This document shows positions 9,453-19,126 of a stretch of 64,000 nt of DNA, piece by piece. The first letter of the stretch is position 1. Each line of letters opens with the position of its first letter. The notes beneath the pieces were generated by a model. The model saw nothing but the letters and a program-made list of their open reading frames with translations, did no database searches and was not told the origin of the DNA. The DNA is from an uncultured Gammaproteobacteria bacterium. GTDB taxonomy: Bacteria; Patescibacteriota; Microgenomatia; UBA10105; UBA927. Position numbers and translations under genes: made by a program. The stretch lies in contig CAYUZE010000002.1 in NCBI GenBank assembly GCA_964449585.1, positions 116,833-180,832 on the forward strand, written 5' to 3'.

Positions 9453-10739
9453 ATGCACGGTCTTGATAGACTCGTCATCGTTGTCGCAAAACTGATTTCG
9501 TTCGTCAGTAAAACGCTGGGGTTCGGGGCGGGGGAAACCTGGCCGGGAGAAGTGGCACTTCGACTTCGTCCGCATGTTGCCCAGTCGCTTGCCGGTGCCC
9601 TTTTCCGCGGATGCATCCTCGTTGCGGGCACCAACGGCAAAACCACCACCTCCCTCATGATTAAAAAGACGCTTGAAGGAGTGGGGAATGTGGTGATCCA
9701 TAACGAAACGGGAGCGAATTTGTTAAACGGGATCGTTTCTTCGTTTATCAGACATGCTGACTTCCTGGGGAGGATTACCGCCGACGTGGGCATATTTGAG
9801 GTAGATGAAAACTCCCTGCCGCATGTATTGCGGTACATGACGCCGACGCACCTTGTGTTTTTGAACCTGTTCCGCGACCAGTTGGATCGATACGGCGAGG
9901 TTGATGTCATTGTCGAGAAATGGACGAAGGCGATCGCCCCGCTTACGGCAAAAACGACCCTTATCGTCAACGCCGATGATCCGGGGGTTGCTTCATTGGG
10001 AAAAGTAAGTCGAGCAAAAGTAATTTATTTCGGGATCACGGACACCAAAAAGTTTTTAACCAAAGCCGAACATGCGACCGATTCGACATTTTGTCCCTCC
10101 TGCGGTCATAGACTGGTCTATAAAGGCATATTCTTTTCGCATTTGGGGATTTGGCATTGTCCTTCCTGCGGCAATACCCGTCCTTCGCCGTCTGTGCACT
10201 CTTGGCCGAGTGCCCTTCCGGGGTTGTATAACGAGTACAATACACTTGCCGCCGTCGCCACTGCACGTGCCTTCGGTGAGCCGCAGAAAACAATTCGCGA
10301 CGCCCTGTCGCACTTTACCCCCGCGTTCGGCAGACAGGAAGATATCGCAGTGGACGGGAGAACGGTAAAAATAGTGCTTTCCAAAAATCCTGCGGGATTT
10401 AATGCCTCGCTTCGTACGGTGACCGAGATGCATGCCTCCCAAATGCTCATCGTTCTAAATGACCGTATCCCCGATGGCCGTGATGTGAGCTGGATTTGGG
10501 ATGTGGACTTTGAAATGATTCCTGACCGTACGCAGGTGACGGTATCGGGCGATCGCGCCCTCGACATGGCGGTACGGATGAAATATGCGGATAAGCGCGT
10601 CGGGGTAGAAAAATCATTGGCGGAAGCGGTCACCAAAAGCATTGCCGCTACTCCGAAAGGAAAAACGCTTTTTGTGCTCGCCACCTATTCCGGCATGCTT
10701 GAAGTCAGAAAATTACTCACGGGAAGGAAAATCTTATGA
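9453..10739 (+). CDS. murT: Lipid II isoglutaminyl synthase subunit MurT (Mur ligase, DUF1727)
   Basis: GTNGKTTT, GANLLNG, EVDE, NLFRDQLDRYGE, two CxxC, KNPAG, DGRDVSWIWDVDFE, TYSGML. Confidence 0.93.
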   Translation: MHGLDRLVIVVAKLISFVSKTLGFGAGETWPGEVALRLRPHVAQSLAGALFRGCILVAGTNGKTTTSLMIKKTLEGVGNVVIHNETGANLLNGIVSSFIRHADFLGRITADVGIFEVDENSLPHVLRYMTPTHLVFLNLFRDQLDRYGEVDVIVEKWTKAIAPLTAKTTLIVNADDPGVASLGKVSRAKVIYFGITDTKKFLTKAEHATDSTFCPSCGHRLVYKGIFFSHLGIWHCPSCGNTRPSPSVHSWPSALPGLYNEYNTLAAVATARAFGEPQKTIRDALSHFTPAFGRQEDIAVDGRTVKIVLSKNPAGFNASLRTVTEMHASQMLIVLNDRIPDGRDVSWIWDVDFEMIPDRTQVTVSGDRALDMAVRMKYADKRVGVEKSLAEAVTKSIAATPKGKTLFVLATYSGMLEVRKLLTGRKIL

Positions 10740-11458
10740 ACGCTCCCCTAAAAATCGCCTGGTTATATCCTGATCTCATGAGCACGTACGGCGATCGGGG
10801 GAATGTGATAGCACTTCGCAAACGGTGCGAATGGCGAAATATCCCGGTTGAAGTGGTGCCGGTGACGCTCGAGACTGCTACCGCCAAACTTGCTTCCTGC
10901 GACATCGTCTTTATGGGAGGAGCGCAGGACAGGCAACAAAAACTTGCCGGTGAAGATTTTATCCGTCGCAAAGGGCCGATCGTCAAGAAGATGGTCGAAA
11001 AGGGGACACCCGCACTCTTTGTGTGCGCCGCCTACCAGTTCGTAGGGAGGTATTACAAACCGTACCAGGGAGATCCGATTCCCGGAGCGGGGATATGGGA
11101 TTTAATCACCGAACACCCGGGAGATCAGGCAAAACGCCTCATCGGCAACACGGTTGCCGAAATCATTAACCCTCCCGAACTTGCGGGGACGACGATTGTC
11201 GGGTTTGAAAATCACGGAGGCTATACCACGTTGGGAGCGGGCATGAAGCCGCTAGCAAAAGTGATCAGTGGCGGCGGCAACAACGGCAGTGACGGGTATG
11301 AGGGAGCGACGTACAAAAACTCCATCGGATCGTATTTCCACGGACCTTTTCTTCCCAAAAATCCCGCGATTGCCGATTGGCTAATTTCCAAAGTTGTGGG
11401 ACAATTAGCTCCTCTTGATGATGCCCTTGAACATGAAGCAAATGCTTCCGTACGCTGA
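10736..11458 (+). CDS. gatD: Glutamine amidotransferase GatD (CobQ-like)
   Basis: LYPDLMSTYGDRGN, GGAQDRQQ, catalytic CAAYQ, GFENHGG, YFHGP; 4-nt overlap with murT. Confidence 0.92.
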   Translation: MNAPLKIAWLYPDLMSTYGDRGNVIALRKRCEWRNIPVEVVPVTLETATAKLASCDIVFMGGAQDRQQKLAGEDFIRRKGPIVKKMVEKGTPALFVCAAYQFVGRYYKPYQGDPIPGAGIWDLITEHPGDQAKRLIGNTVAEIINPPELAGTTIVGFENHGGYTTLGAGMKPLAKVISGGGNNGSDGYEGATYKNSIGSYFHGPFLPKNPAIADWLISKVVGQLAPLDDALEHEANASVR

Positions 11459-11461
11459 TTC

Positions 11462-12082
11462 ATGAAAAAAATGCCGATTAAATTTATTTATTTTGACGTG
11501 GGGGGAGTGCTGTTAAATTTTGTGCATGCGCACAAAAAGGTGGCGGCACAATACAACGTACCCTACGCATCCGTGCTCGCCGTGTTTGAAAACAACTGGC
11601 GCGAGGAATGTCGCGGCAACATATCTCCTGCGCAATACATGCAATTATTTGCGGATGCATTAGGTATGACGGATGTTCCCGCGGATGCCGGAGACTTCTG
11701 GTCTGATCATTTCTTAAGCGTTACCCCGATGCACGAGTTGGCTCGTGTTCTCAGCACTACCCATAAAGTAGGCATTTTGTCTAATGCGGGACCGGGGGTA
11801 CTCGATCACTCCCTGCGGAAAGGACACATCCCCGATATTCCCTGGTCGGCGATTATTGATTCTTCCCATCACGGGGTAATCAAACCCGAAGAGAAAATAT
11901 ACGAGATAGCGGAAAAAGCGGCGGGAGTATCACCAGAAGAGATTCTCTTTATCGATGACGTCCCGGAAAACATCGCGGCGGCAACCGCGCGCGGGTGGCA
12001 GGGCATCGTCATGGACACCAGCGATCCGCAAAAAACGATCGAGCGAATTAAACGCGGGCTTATCGCCGAAGAAGTGAAGTAA
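11462..12082 (+). CDS. HAD family phosphatase
   Basis: FDVGGVL, LSN, KPEEKIY, FIDD motifs. Confidence 0.9.
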   Translation: MKKMPIKFIYFDVGGVLLNFVHAHKKVAAQYNVPYASVLAVFENNWREECRGNISPAQYMQLFADALGMTDVPADAGDFWSDHFLSVTPMHELARVLSTTHKVGILSNAGPGVLDHSLRKGHIPDIPWSAIIDSSHHGVIKPEEKIYEIAEKAAGVSPEEILFIDDVPENIAAATARGWQGIVMDTSDPQKTIERIKRGLIAEEVK

Positions 12083-12083
12083 G

Positions 12084-12371
12084 TTATTCCACCCCGATGA
12101 ACATGATTTTGGGGTAAATATTTTTGATTTCCTCCATAAACTTTTCGGAAAGATTCATCGAAAATTTGCTGTACTGACCCGCTCCCATTTTGGCGCACAG
12201 CCGTCGTTCGTATTCACGGATGACGTCCATGACACTAGCTCCGATGGCGTTGTATTTGGCTTGGTTTGCCGCGGGGTTTAGCACATATGCATCGTGGATC
12301 GGTTTAAACTCGTCAAAAAGCTCTTTGTTTTCCTCAAGCATTTGCTGAACTGCCGCGCGATATTTGGTCAT
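12084..12371 (-). CDS. Hypothetical protein
   Basis: 95-aa helical ORF filling the gap between the HAD gene and gatC. Confidence 0.7.
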   Translation of the reverse strand: MTKYRAAVQQMLEENKELFDEFKPIHDAYVLNPAANQAKYNAIGASVMDVIREYERRLCAKMGAGQYSKFSMNLSEKFMEEIKNIYPKIMFIGVE

Positions 12372-12449
12372 ATAAACAAATTACCCGAGATGCCGGCATT
12401 TTTGCAAGTACCCGCTTCACGATGATGAGATTTCCGCTATAATGGCTCC

Positions 12450-12755
12450 ATGAGTAATACAAAATTCTCATCGGATGACGTTAAAAAGATTGCAGGAATA
12501 GCCCGAATCCCCATCACCGATAGTCAGGCAGGAGATTTGGCCGACGGGTTTAATAAAACAATGGTCGTCGTTGAAGAACTCAAAAACGTTGATGTTAGCG
12601 GTACTACGACGACCAGCCAGGTGACGGGTTTAGAAAACGTACTTCGTGAAGACGTCGTTGATACGTCCCGCATGTTCAGTCAGGAAGAGGCGCTCGCCAA
12701 TGCAAAGAGGATTCATAACGGATATTTCGTCGTCGACCAAATTCTTGAAGATTGA
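12450..12755 (+). CDS. gatC: Asp/Glu-tRNA amidotransferase subunit C
   Basis: VKKIAGIARI...NVLREDVV...ALANA...GYFVV; precedes gatA. Confidence 0.92.
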   Translation: MSNTKFSSDDVKKIAGIARIPITDSQAGDLADGFNKTMVVVEELKNVDVSGTTTTSQVTGLENVLREDVVDTSRMFSQEEALANAKRIHNGYFVVDQILED

Positions 12756-12756
12756 T

Positions 12757-14172
12757 ATGAAACTTAATTCGTTAACATTAAAACAAGCCGTTACCAAGCT
12801 CAAGGCAAAAGAGATATCCCATGCTGAGCTCTACCGCGACATAAATGATGCAATTGCCGAAAAAAACGAAGCATTAAACATCTATCTGTCGTTAAATACG
12901 GAAGCGGCAAAAAGTGCGGAGTCGCTTCTCGACTCGCCGCTTGCAGGAGTACCGGTTGCCGTCAAAGACAATTTCCTCACCGTCGGTTTGGAGACCACCG
13001 CTTCCTCGAACGTGCTTAAGGGATTTCGCCCGCAAGCAGAATCCCACGTTACCGGCAAACTAAAAGCGGCGGGCGGCGTCATTGTGGGGAAAACCAATAT
13101 GGATGCCTGGGCACACGGCAGTAGCACGGAAACAAGCGATTTCGGGGCAACAAAAAATCCGAGAAATCCTGCATACCTGCCGGGAGGATCAAGCGGCGGC
13201 AGTGCGGCCGCCATCGCGGCAGATATGGCAACGGTGGCACTCGGCACGGAAACGGCGGGATCCATACGACAGCCCGCGTCGTGGTGCGGCGTCGTAGGGT
13301 TGAAGCCGACGTACGGGAGAGTCAGCAGATCGGGTATCGTTGCCATGGCGTCCTCTACGGACAGTCCCGGTCCCATCGGGAAAACGGTAGAAGATTGTGC
13401 GATGGTGTTAAACCACATCGCCGGTCATGATCCGTATGATGCCACGTCATCGACGAACGCCGTGCCCGACTTTACCCGAGCATTGACGACTGAATTACGG
13501 GGTATGCATATCGGCGTATGCTATGTCGATCATCCGGCACTGCACGGAGAAAAAGCGGCAAATGCGGTGCTTGATGCGGTGAAAGTATTTGAAAGACTCG
13601 GCGCAAACGTGGACGCGGTTCCCGTGTCCCATGACATCAAGCCGGGGACAATCCTTAACCCCGATTACGCGATTGCCGTTTATACGGTAATACAACGGGG
13701 TGAGGTAAGCTCAAACCTTGCACGGTACGACGGTATCCGATACGGCAATCCACGGACGGAGTTTGGCATGGAAGCAAAAAGGCGGGTTATGTTGGGCGCA
13801 TTTACGTTAAGTGCTCTGCTGGATGAAAACATATATGTCCGTGCACAGCGGGTACGAAGTCTCATCGTCAAAAACTATCATGAACTGTTCCAAAAATATG
13901 ACGTGCTTATTTCCCCGACATCACCCGGTTTTGCCCAAAAGATCGGAGCCACGGCGGGGAATCCGCTGTACGGCGAACTGGAAGATATGTTACTTGAAGC
14001 GAGTTCTATAGCCGGTCTTACCGGCATCAACATTCCGTGCATGCGGGATCCGGAGACAAATTTGTATCTTGGTCTCAACATTACCGGTGACCAATGGCAG
14101 GAAGAAAAAGTTATCCGGGCGGCGTATGCTTTTGAACAGGCAACCCGATGGAATCCGTGGGTACAAAAATAA
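12757..14172 (+). CDS. gatA: Asp/Glu-tRNA amidotransferase subunit A
   Basis: Amidase signature VKDN, GKTNMD, GGSSGGSAAA, GTETAGSIRQPA, SSNLARYDG; start at ATG 12757. Confidence 0.96.
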   Translation: MKLNSLTLKQAVTKLKAKEISHAELYRDINDAIAEKNEALNIYLSLNTEAAKSAESLLDSPLAGVPVAVKDNFLTVGLETTASSNVLKGFRPQAESHVTGKLKAAGGVIVGKTNMDAWAHGSSTETSDFGATKNPRNPAYLPGGSSGGSAAAIAADMATVALGTETAGSIRQPASWCGVVGLKPTYGRVSRSGIVAMASSTDSPGPIGKTVEDCAMVLNHIAGHDPYDATSSTNAVPDFTRALTTELRGMHIGVCYVDHPALHGEKAANAVLDAVKVFERLGANVDAVPVSHDIKPGTILNPDYAIAVYTVIQRGEVSSNLARYDGIRYGNPRTEFGMEAKRRVMLGAFTLSALLDENIYVRAQRVRSLIVKNYHELFQKYDVLISPTSPGFAQKIGATAGNPLYGELEDMLLEASSIAGLTGINIPCMRDPETNLYLGLNITGDQWQEEKVIRAAYAFEQATRWNPWVQK

Positions 14173-14174
14173 CT

Positions 14175-15497
14175 ATGAATACGTACGAACCGATTATCGG
14201 ACTGGAAATACACGTTGAATTAAAAACCAAAAGCGGCATGTTTTGCGGCTGTCCCGCCGACCATTTCGGCAAACCGCCGAACACCGGGACGTGTCCGGTT
14301 TGTTTGGGATACCCCGGAGCTTTGCCCACCCCCAACAAAAAAGCGGTGGAGTGGACGATCATGTTGGGATTAGCGCTCGGGAGCACGATTGCCAAGGAAT
14401 CCAAGTTTGATCGCAAGCATTATTTTTATCCCGATCTCCCCAAGGGATATCAAATTTCCCAATATGACCAACCGCTGTGCCGCGGCGGGGTGATTCCGAC
14501 GTCTTTTGGCGACGTCAGGATTCATCGCGTACATCTTGAGGAAGATACGGGCAAACTGCAACACGCCGTCGTAAATGGAAAAAAGGTGACGCTCGTGGAC
14601 TTTAACCGCTCGGGAGTGCCGCTTGTCGAAATCGTCACGGAAGCGGATATTCGCAGTAGTGCGCAAGCGAAGGAATTCCTAAAGAAACTGCACCAGATCG
14701 TGCGATATTTGGGTATATCGGATGCAGATATGGAAAAAGGTTCCATGCGGTTGGAACCCAATATTTCTCTTCGTAAAGTGGGTGAGACGGGACTGCCTCC
14801 ATACAAAGTGGAAGTCAAAAACATTAATTCGTTCCGATTCGCCGCGGCCGCCATCGAATATGAAATCAAGCGTCATACCGCGATATTGGACAGTGGGAAG
14901 CTCCCCGTGCAAGAAACTCGCGGGTGGGATGAAGCAAAAAATGCAACCGTTTCCCAACGCAGTAAAGAAGAAGCGGCCGATTACCGATACTTTCCGGAAC
15001 CTGATATTCCGCCGCTTCGCTTTACCGATGAAGATATTGCGAAAATTCGTGCCGCAATGCCCCAACTGCCCGACGCCTATAAAAAGGAAGTCAAAGAAAC
15101 TTTCGGTTTAAATGATACACAGGCAAGCACACTTGCCGATGATTTTGAAAAGATGGCGCTGTTTGCGGAGGTGATGCATCGATCCGATATTCTGGATGCG
15201 AAGATACCGGGTACCGTTGCCGCAAACTGGATTATCAATAAAGTTGCCGATACGGCCGCGGTGACCGGTGAATCGGTTGCGCGTGATATCATCACAAGCA
15301 AACAGGTACATGCTATCGATGATAGTGTCGTTCTTGAAGCCATAGACGGTGTCCTTGCTGAAAACCCCAAAGCGGTAGCGGACTATAAAGCGGGCAAAGA
15401 ACAATCCAAGATGTTTTTGTACGGCATGGTGCTCCGAAAACTGGCGGGAAAAGGTGACAAACAAAAAGTCATGGAGCTTCTCTCAAGTAAATTATAA
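14175..15497 (+). CDS. gatB: Asp/Glu-tRNA amidotransferase subunit B
   Basis: IGLEIHVEL, FDRKHYFYPDLPKGYQISQ, HLEEDTGK, RSKEEAADYRYFPEPD. Confidence 0.96.
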   Translation: MNTYEPIIGLEIHVELKTKSGMFCGCPADHFGKPPNTGTCPVCLGYPGALPTPNKKAVEWTIMLGLALGSTIAKESKFDRKHYFYPDLPKGYQISQYDQPLCRGGVIPTSFGDVRIHRVHLEEDTGKLQHAVVNGKKVTLVDFNRSGVPLVEIVTEADIRSSAQAKEFLKKLHQIVRYLGISDADMEKGSMRLEPNISLRKVGETGLPPYKVEVKNINSFRFAAAAIEYEIKRHTAILDSGKLPVQETRGWDEAKNATVSQRSKEEAADYRYFPEPDIPPLRFTDEDIAKIRAAMPQLPDAYKKEVKETFGLNDTQASTLADDFEKMALFAEVMHRSDILDAKIPGTVAANWIINKVADTAAVTGESVARDIITSKQVHAIDDSVVLEAIDGVLAENPKAVADYKAGKEQSKMFLYGMVLRKLAGKGDKQKVMELLSSKL

Positions 15498-15499
15498 TC

Positions 15500-18400
15500 A
15501 TGGCAAAATTCGTACATCTTCATGTCCACAGCGAATTTTCCCTGCTGGATGGACTCGGCAAACTTGATCTCCTGATTGCGCGCGCCAAGGAACTCGGGAT
15601 GGATACGCTGGCCGTTACCGATCACGGGGCGATGTACGGAAGCTTCAAATTCTACCTCAAAGCAAAAGCGGCGGGAATTAAGCCCATTCTTGGTGTCGAA
15701 ACGTATGTCGCGCGAAGAAGCAGGCTCGACAAGGAAGGCAAGATTGATACCGATCCGTATCATCTGGTACTCCTGGCGGAGAACGAGGAAGGGTATCGTA
15801 ATCTGATGAAGCTCGTAACGCATGCGCACTTGGACGGCTATTATTACAAGCCGCGCATAGATTGGGATCTGCTGACCAAGCACCACGAAGGCATCATCTG
15901 TTTGTCCGCCTGCCTTGCCGGTCAGGTGCCGCAGTTGCTTATGCAGGACAAAATCAGGGAGGCGGAAGAGGTCGCGGCCAAATACGCTGAATTGTTCGGT
16001 CCGGATCATTATTACATCGAGCTTCAGAAGCACCCGCATATTCCCGAAATTGAACGCACCAATGAAAAACTCGTCGCTCTCGCCAGAAAGTTGGGATTGC
16101 CGTTGGTTGCGACCAACGACGTGCACTATGTAAATGCAGACGATGCCGAGGCGCAGGAAATATTGCTCTGCGTCCAAACCCAACGGACGATCATCGAAAA
16201 AAACCGTCCGCTTTCCATGATGGAATCCCCTGATTTTTATCTTCGGAGTCAGGAAGAAATGATAGAGCTTTTTGCACAATATCCCGAGGCAATCGAAAAC
16301 ACGGTAAAAATTGCCGAGCGTTGCAACATCACCCTCTCGGTGGGGAAGTGGATTCTCCCCCGATTTCCCGTTCCCGATGACAAAAAGCCCGAACAATACC
16401 TTCGGGAGATGGTGTATGAGCGACTGCCGGGTAAGTACAAGGAAGTGACCGACACGATCAAGGAACGCATCGAATACGAGCTCGACATTATCACGAAAAA
16501 AGGTTATTCGACCTATTTTTTGATTGTGCAGGATTTCGTCAATTGGGCCAAATCGCAAAAAATCGGGGTGGGTCCCGGAAGAGGTTCGGCCGCGGGAAGC
16601 GTCATTTCCTACATATTAAATATCACGGGTATCGATCCGTTTCTTTTCGGATTGCCGTTTGAACGCTTTTTAAATCCGTTCCGGCCGAGTCCTCCCGATA
16701 TCGATCTGGATTTTGCCGACGACAGGCGCGATGAAGTAATTGCCTATGTGACGGCAAAGTATGGGGACGATAAAGTTGCCCAGATCATCACCTTCGGTAC
16801 CATGGAAGCCCGGGGAGCGGTCCGTGACGCGGGGCGCGCGCTTGGTATGCCGTATGCCCAACCCGATCGCATCTCCAAAATGATTCCGCCGGGAGCGCAG
16901 GGAGCAAGTATGACGATTGATAAGGCGATTGATATTTCGCCCGAACTTTCCTCCGCCTATCGGGCTGAGCCGGAAACCAAGCGGTTACTTGATGTCGCCA
17001 AAAAACTCGAAGGGGTTGCCCGCCATGCCTCCGTACATGCGGCGGGAGTTGTTATCGCGGACAAACCGCTCGTCGAGTACACTCCGCTTCAGCGTGAAAG
17101 CAAAGGAGACAGGGTGGTAACCCAGTATGACATGTACACGGTCGGTGAAGACGGCGTGGGGCTCATGAAAATGGACTTTTTGGGACTACGAAACTTAACC
17201 ATCATGGCGGCGGCACTCAAGTTTATCGAAGAGGTAAAAGGGAAAACGATCGATTTATATTCCATTCCGTTAACGGACAAAAAAACGTATGAGATGCTTT
17301 CCATCGGCGAAACGACCGGGGTATTCCAGCTTGAATCCGCCGGTATGCGTCGTTATATCAAGGAATTGAAACCCACGACCATATACGACCTCATGGCGAT
17401 GGTGGCGTTATTCCGTCCGGGGCCCATGCAGGTGATCCCGCAGTATATCGAGCGAAAAAATAATCCGCAAAGCATCACGTATCCCGATCCGAAACTGAAG
17501 GATGTGTTGAAACAATCCTACGGGTTGATCTGCTATCAGGACGACGTTCTCTTAACCGCCATAACACTGGCGGGATATTCATGGGGAGACGCCGATAAGC
17601 TTCGGAAAGCCGTAGGGAAAAAGATTGCTTCCGAAATGAAGAAACAGCAGGAAAAGTTTATCGAAGGGTGTATCAAAAACGGCATATCTCGGCACAAAGC
17701 GGAAGACATATTCCATCTTATCGAGCCGTTTGCAGGATACGGATTTAACAAGGCACATGCCGCGTGTTATGCCGTCATCGCCTATCAGACGGCATATCTT
17801 AAAGCAAACTATCCCGTAGAATACATGACGGCGGTGCTGACCGCGGAATCGCGCGCCAACACGGGAGATACGCGAAACGAAAAAATCGCCATGATCGTAG
17901 CCGAGTGCAAGCGCATGGGGATTGCGTTATTGCCTCCCGACATAAACACCTCCGATATCGAATTTACGGTGGAAAAAGGCAATATCCGTTTCGGACTTTC
18001 CGCCATCAAAAATGTCGGGGAAGCGGCGATCGACAGCATATTAAAGGCAAGAAAACTGGACGGCAAGTTCACTTCGCTTGCCGATTTTTTGCGGAGAGTG
18101 GATGTATCGAAGGTGAACAAAAAAACGCTCGAAAGTCTCATGCGGGCGGGCGCTATGGACATGTTCGGTTCACGATCGGCACTCCTTGCCGCGGTGGAAA
18201 CCATGCTTGATCAGATCCACAAAGAGCGCAAAGCCGCCTCGGTAGGACAATTCGGATTGTTTGACGAGGGCGGAAGTGCCGAGCAAAAGGCGGTGACGGA
18301 ACAGCTTCCGAAGGTTGAAGAACTTTCAAGTCACGAACTTTTGTCGTTTGAAAAGGAGCTCCTGGGGTTTTACCTCACCGCTCATCCGTTGGAAAAAACA

Positions 18401-18742
18401 ATTGCCCGTATGGCACAAAAGGATGAGGTTGTTCCGCTGGCACAAATTAATGAGGAACGTGTGGGGGACAAAGTGCAAGTGGTGGGACTCGTCACTCAAA
18501 TTAAGAAAATTGTGACAAAAAAAAGTAATGCCGAGATGGCATTTATCAGACTTGAGGATCTTTCAAGCGGTATGGAGGTAGTGATTTTCCCGAAGCTGTA
18601 TGCCCGCACCATGTCGTTATGGGTGAGGGATGCCGCGGTCATGATATCGGCAAAGGTTGATCAAAAAGATGATCGGCTCGTACTGCTTGCGGACGACGTC
18701 CGCTCCATCGATATGTCACAGGACCGGGGATTATCCGATTGA
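15500..18742 (+). CDS. dnaE: DNA polymerase III alpha subunit
   Basis: PHP HLHVHSEFSLLDG, GPGRGSAAGS, PDIDLDF, KMDFLGL, YGFNKAHA, C-terminal OB fold. Confidence 0.98.
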   Translation: MAKFVHLHVHSEFSLLDGLGKLDLLIARAKELGMDTLAVTDHGAMYGSFKFYLKAKAAGIKPILGVETYVARRSRLDKEGKIDTDPYHLVLLAENEEGYRNLMKLVTHAHLDGYYYKPRIDWDLLTKHHEGIICLSACLAGQVPQLLMQDKIREAEEVAAKYAELFGPDHYYIELQKHPHIPEIERTNEKLVALARKLGLPLVATNDVHYVNADDAEAQEILLCVQTQRTIIEKNRPLSMMESPDFYLRSQEEMIELFAQYPEAIENTVKIAERCNITLSVGKWILPRFPVPDDKKPEQYLREMVYERLPGKYKEVTDTIKERIEYELDIITKKGYSTYFLIVQDFVNWAKSQKIGVGPGRGSAAGSVISYILNITGIDPFLFGLPFERFLNPFRPSPPDIDLDFADDRRDEVIAYVTAKYGDDKVAQIITFGTMEARGAVRDAGRALGMPYAQPDRISKMIPPGAQGASMTIDKAIDISPELSSAYRAEPETKRLLDVAKKLEGVARHASVHAAGVVIADKPLVEYTPLQRESKGDRVVTQYDMYTVGEDGVGLMKMDFLGLRNLTIMAAALKFIEEVKGKTIDLYSIPLTDKKTYEMLSIGETTGVFQLESAGMRRYIKELKPTTIYDLMAMVALFRPGPMQVIPQYIERKNNPQSITYPDPKLKDVLKQSYGLICYQDDVLLTAITLAGYSWGDADKLRKAVGKKIASEMKKQQEKFIEGCIKNGISRHKAEDIFHLIEPFAGYGFNKAHAACYAVIAYQTAYLKANYPVEYMTAVLTAESRANTGDTRNEKIAMIVAECKRMGIALLPPDINTSDIEFTVEKGNIRFGLSAIKNVGEAAIDSILKARKLDGKFTSLADFLRRVDVSKVNKKTLESLMRAGAMDMFGSRSALLAAVETMLDQIHKERKAASVGQFGLFDEGGSAEQKAVTEQLPKVEELSSHELLSFEKELLGFYLTAHPLEKTIARMAQKDEVVPLAQINEERVGDKVQVVGLVTQIKKIVTKKSNAEMAFIRLEDLSSGMEVVIFPKLYARTMSLWVRDAAVMISAKVDQKDDRLVLLADDVRSIDMSQDRGLSD

Positions 18743-18771
18743 CGGGTGAAACATGAGTGATACAATTACCT

Positions 18772-19095
18772 ATGTCTGACAAAAAAAGTGAATATCCGGA
18801 GGGAGAGCATTTTGACGTCATTTTAGAAGACGTGGAAACCGGTATCCGACCCCGAAAAATCAAAGTTCCCGAAAAGAAAAAGTCGACAGGGAACGGATGG
18901 CAGTATGCGTCGCTTGCGGGGGAGATAGGGTTTGACGTTGCTCTTCCGATGGTGGCAGGTCTGATCGGAGGCGTCAAAATAGACGAACGATTCGGTACCA
19001 AGCCGACCGCCACACTGGTTTTGTTTGGCCTTGGATTACTCTTATCATGTGCATCACTGATACGTATTGTGCGTGATGTGGTCAGTAAGAGATAA
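18772..19095 (+). CDS. AtpZ/AtpI family protein
   Basis: Two TMs with GVKIDERFGTKP; first gene of the atp operon. Confidence 0.8.
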   Translation: MSDKKSEYPEGEHFDVILEDVETGIRPRKIKVPEKKKSTGNGWQYASLAGEIGFDVALPMVAGLIGGVKIDERFGTKPTATLVLFGLGLLLSCASLIRIVRDVVSKR

Positions 19096-19126
19096 TAGCG
19101 CAGTTATCGGATAATACGTACTTATT

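Noticed and set aside
15383-16558. 391-aa minus-strand ORF
   Set aside because: Antisense shadow of dnaE.
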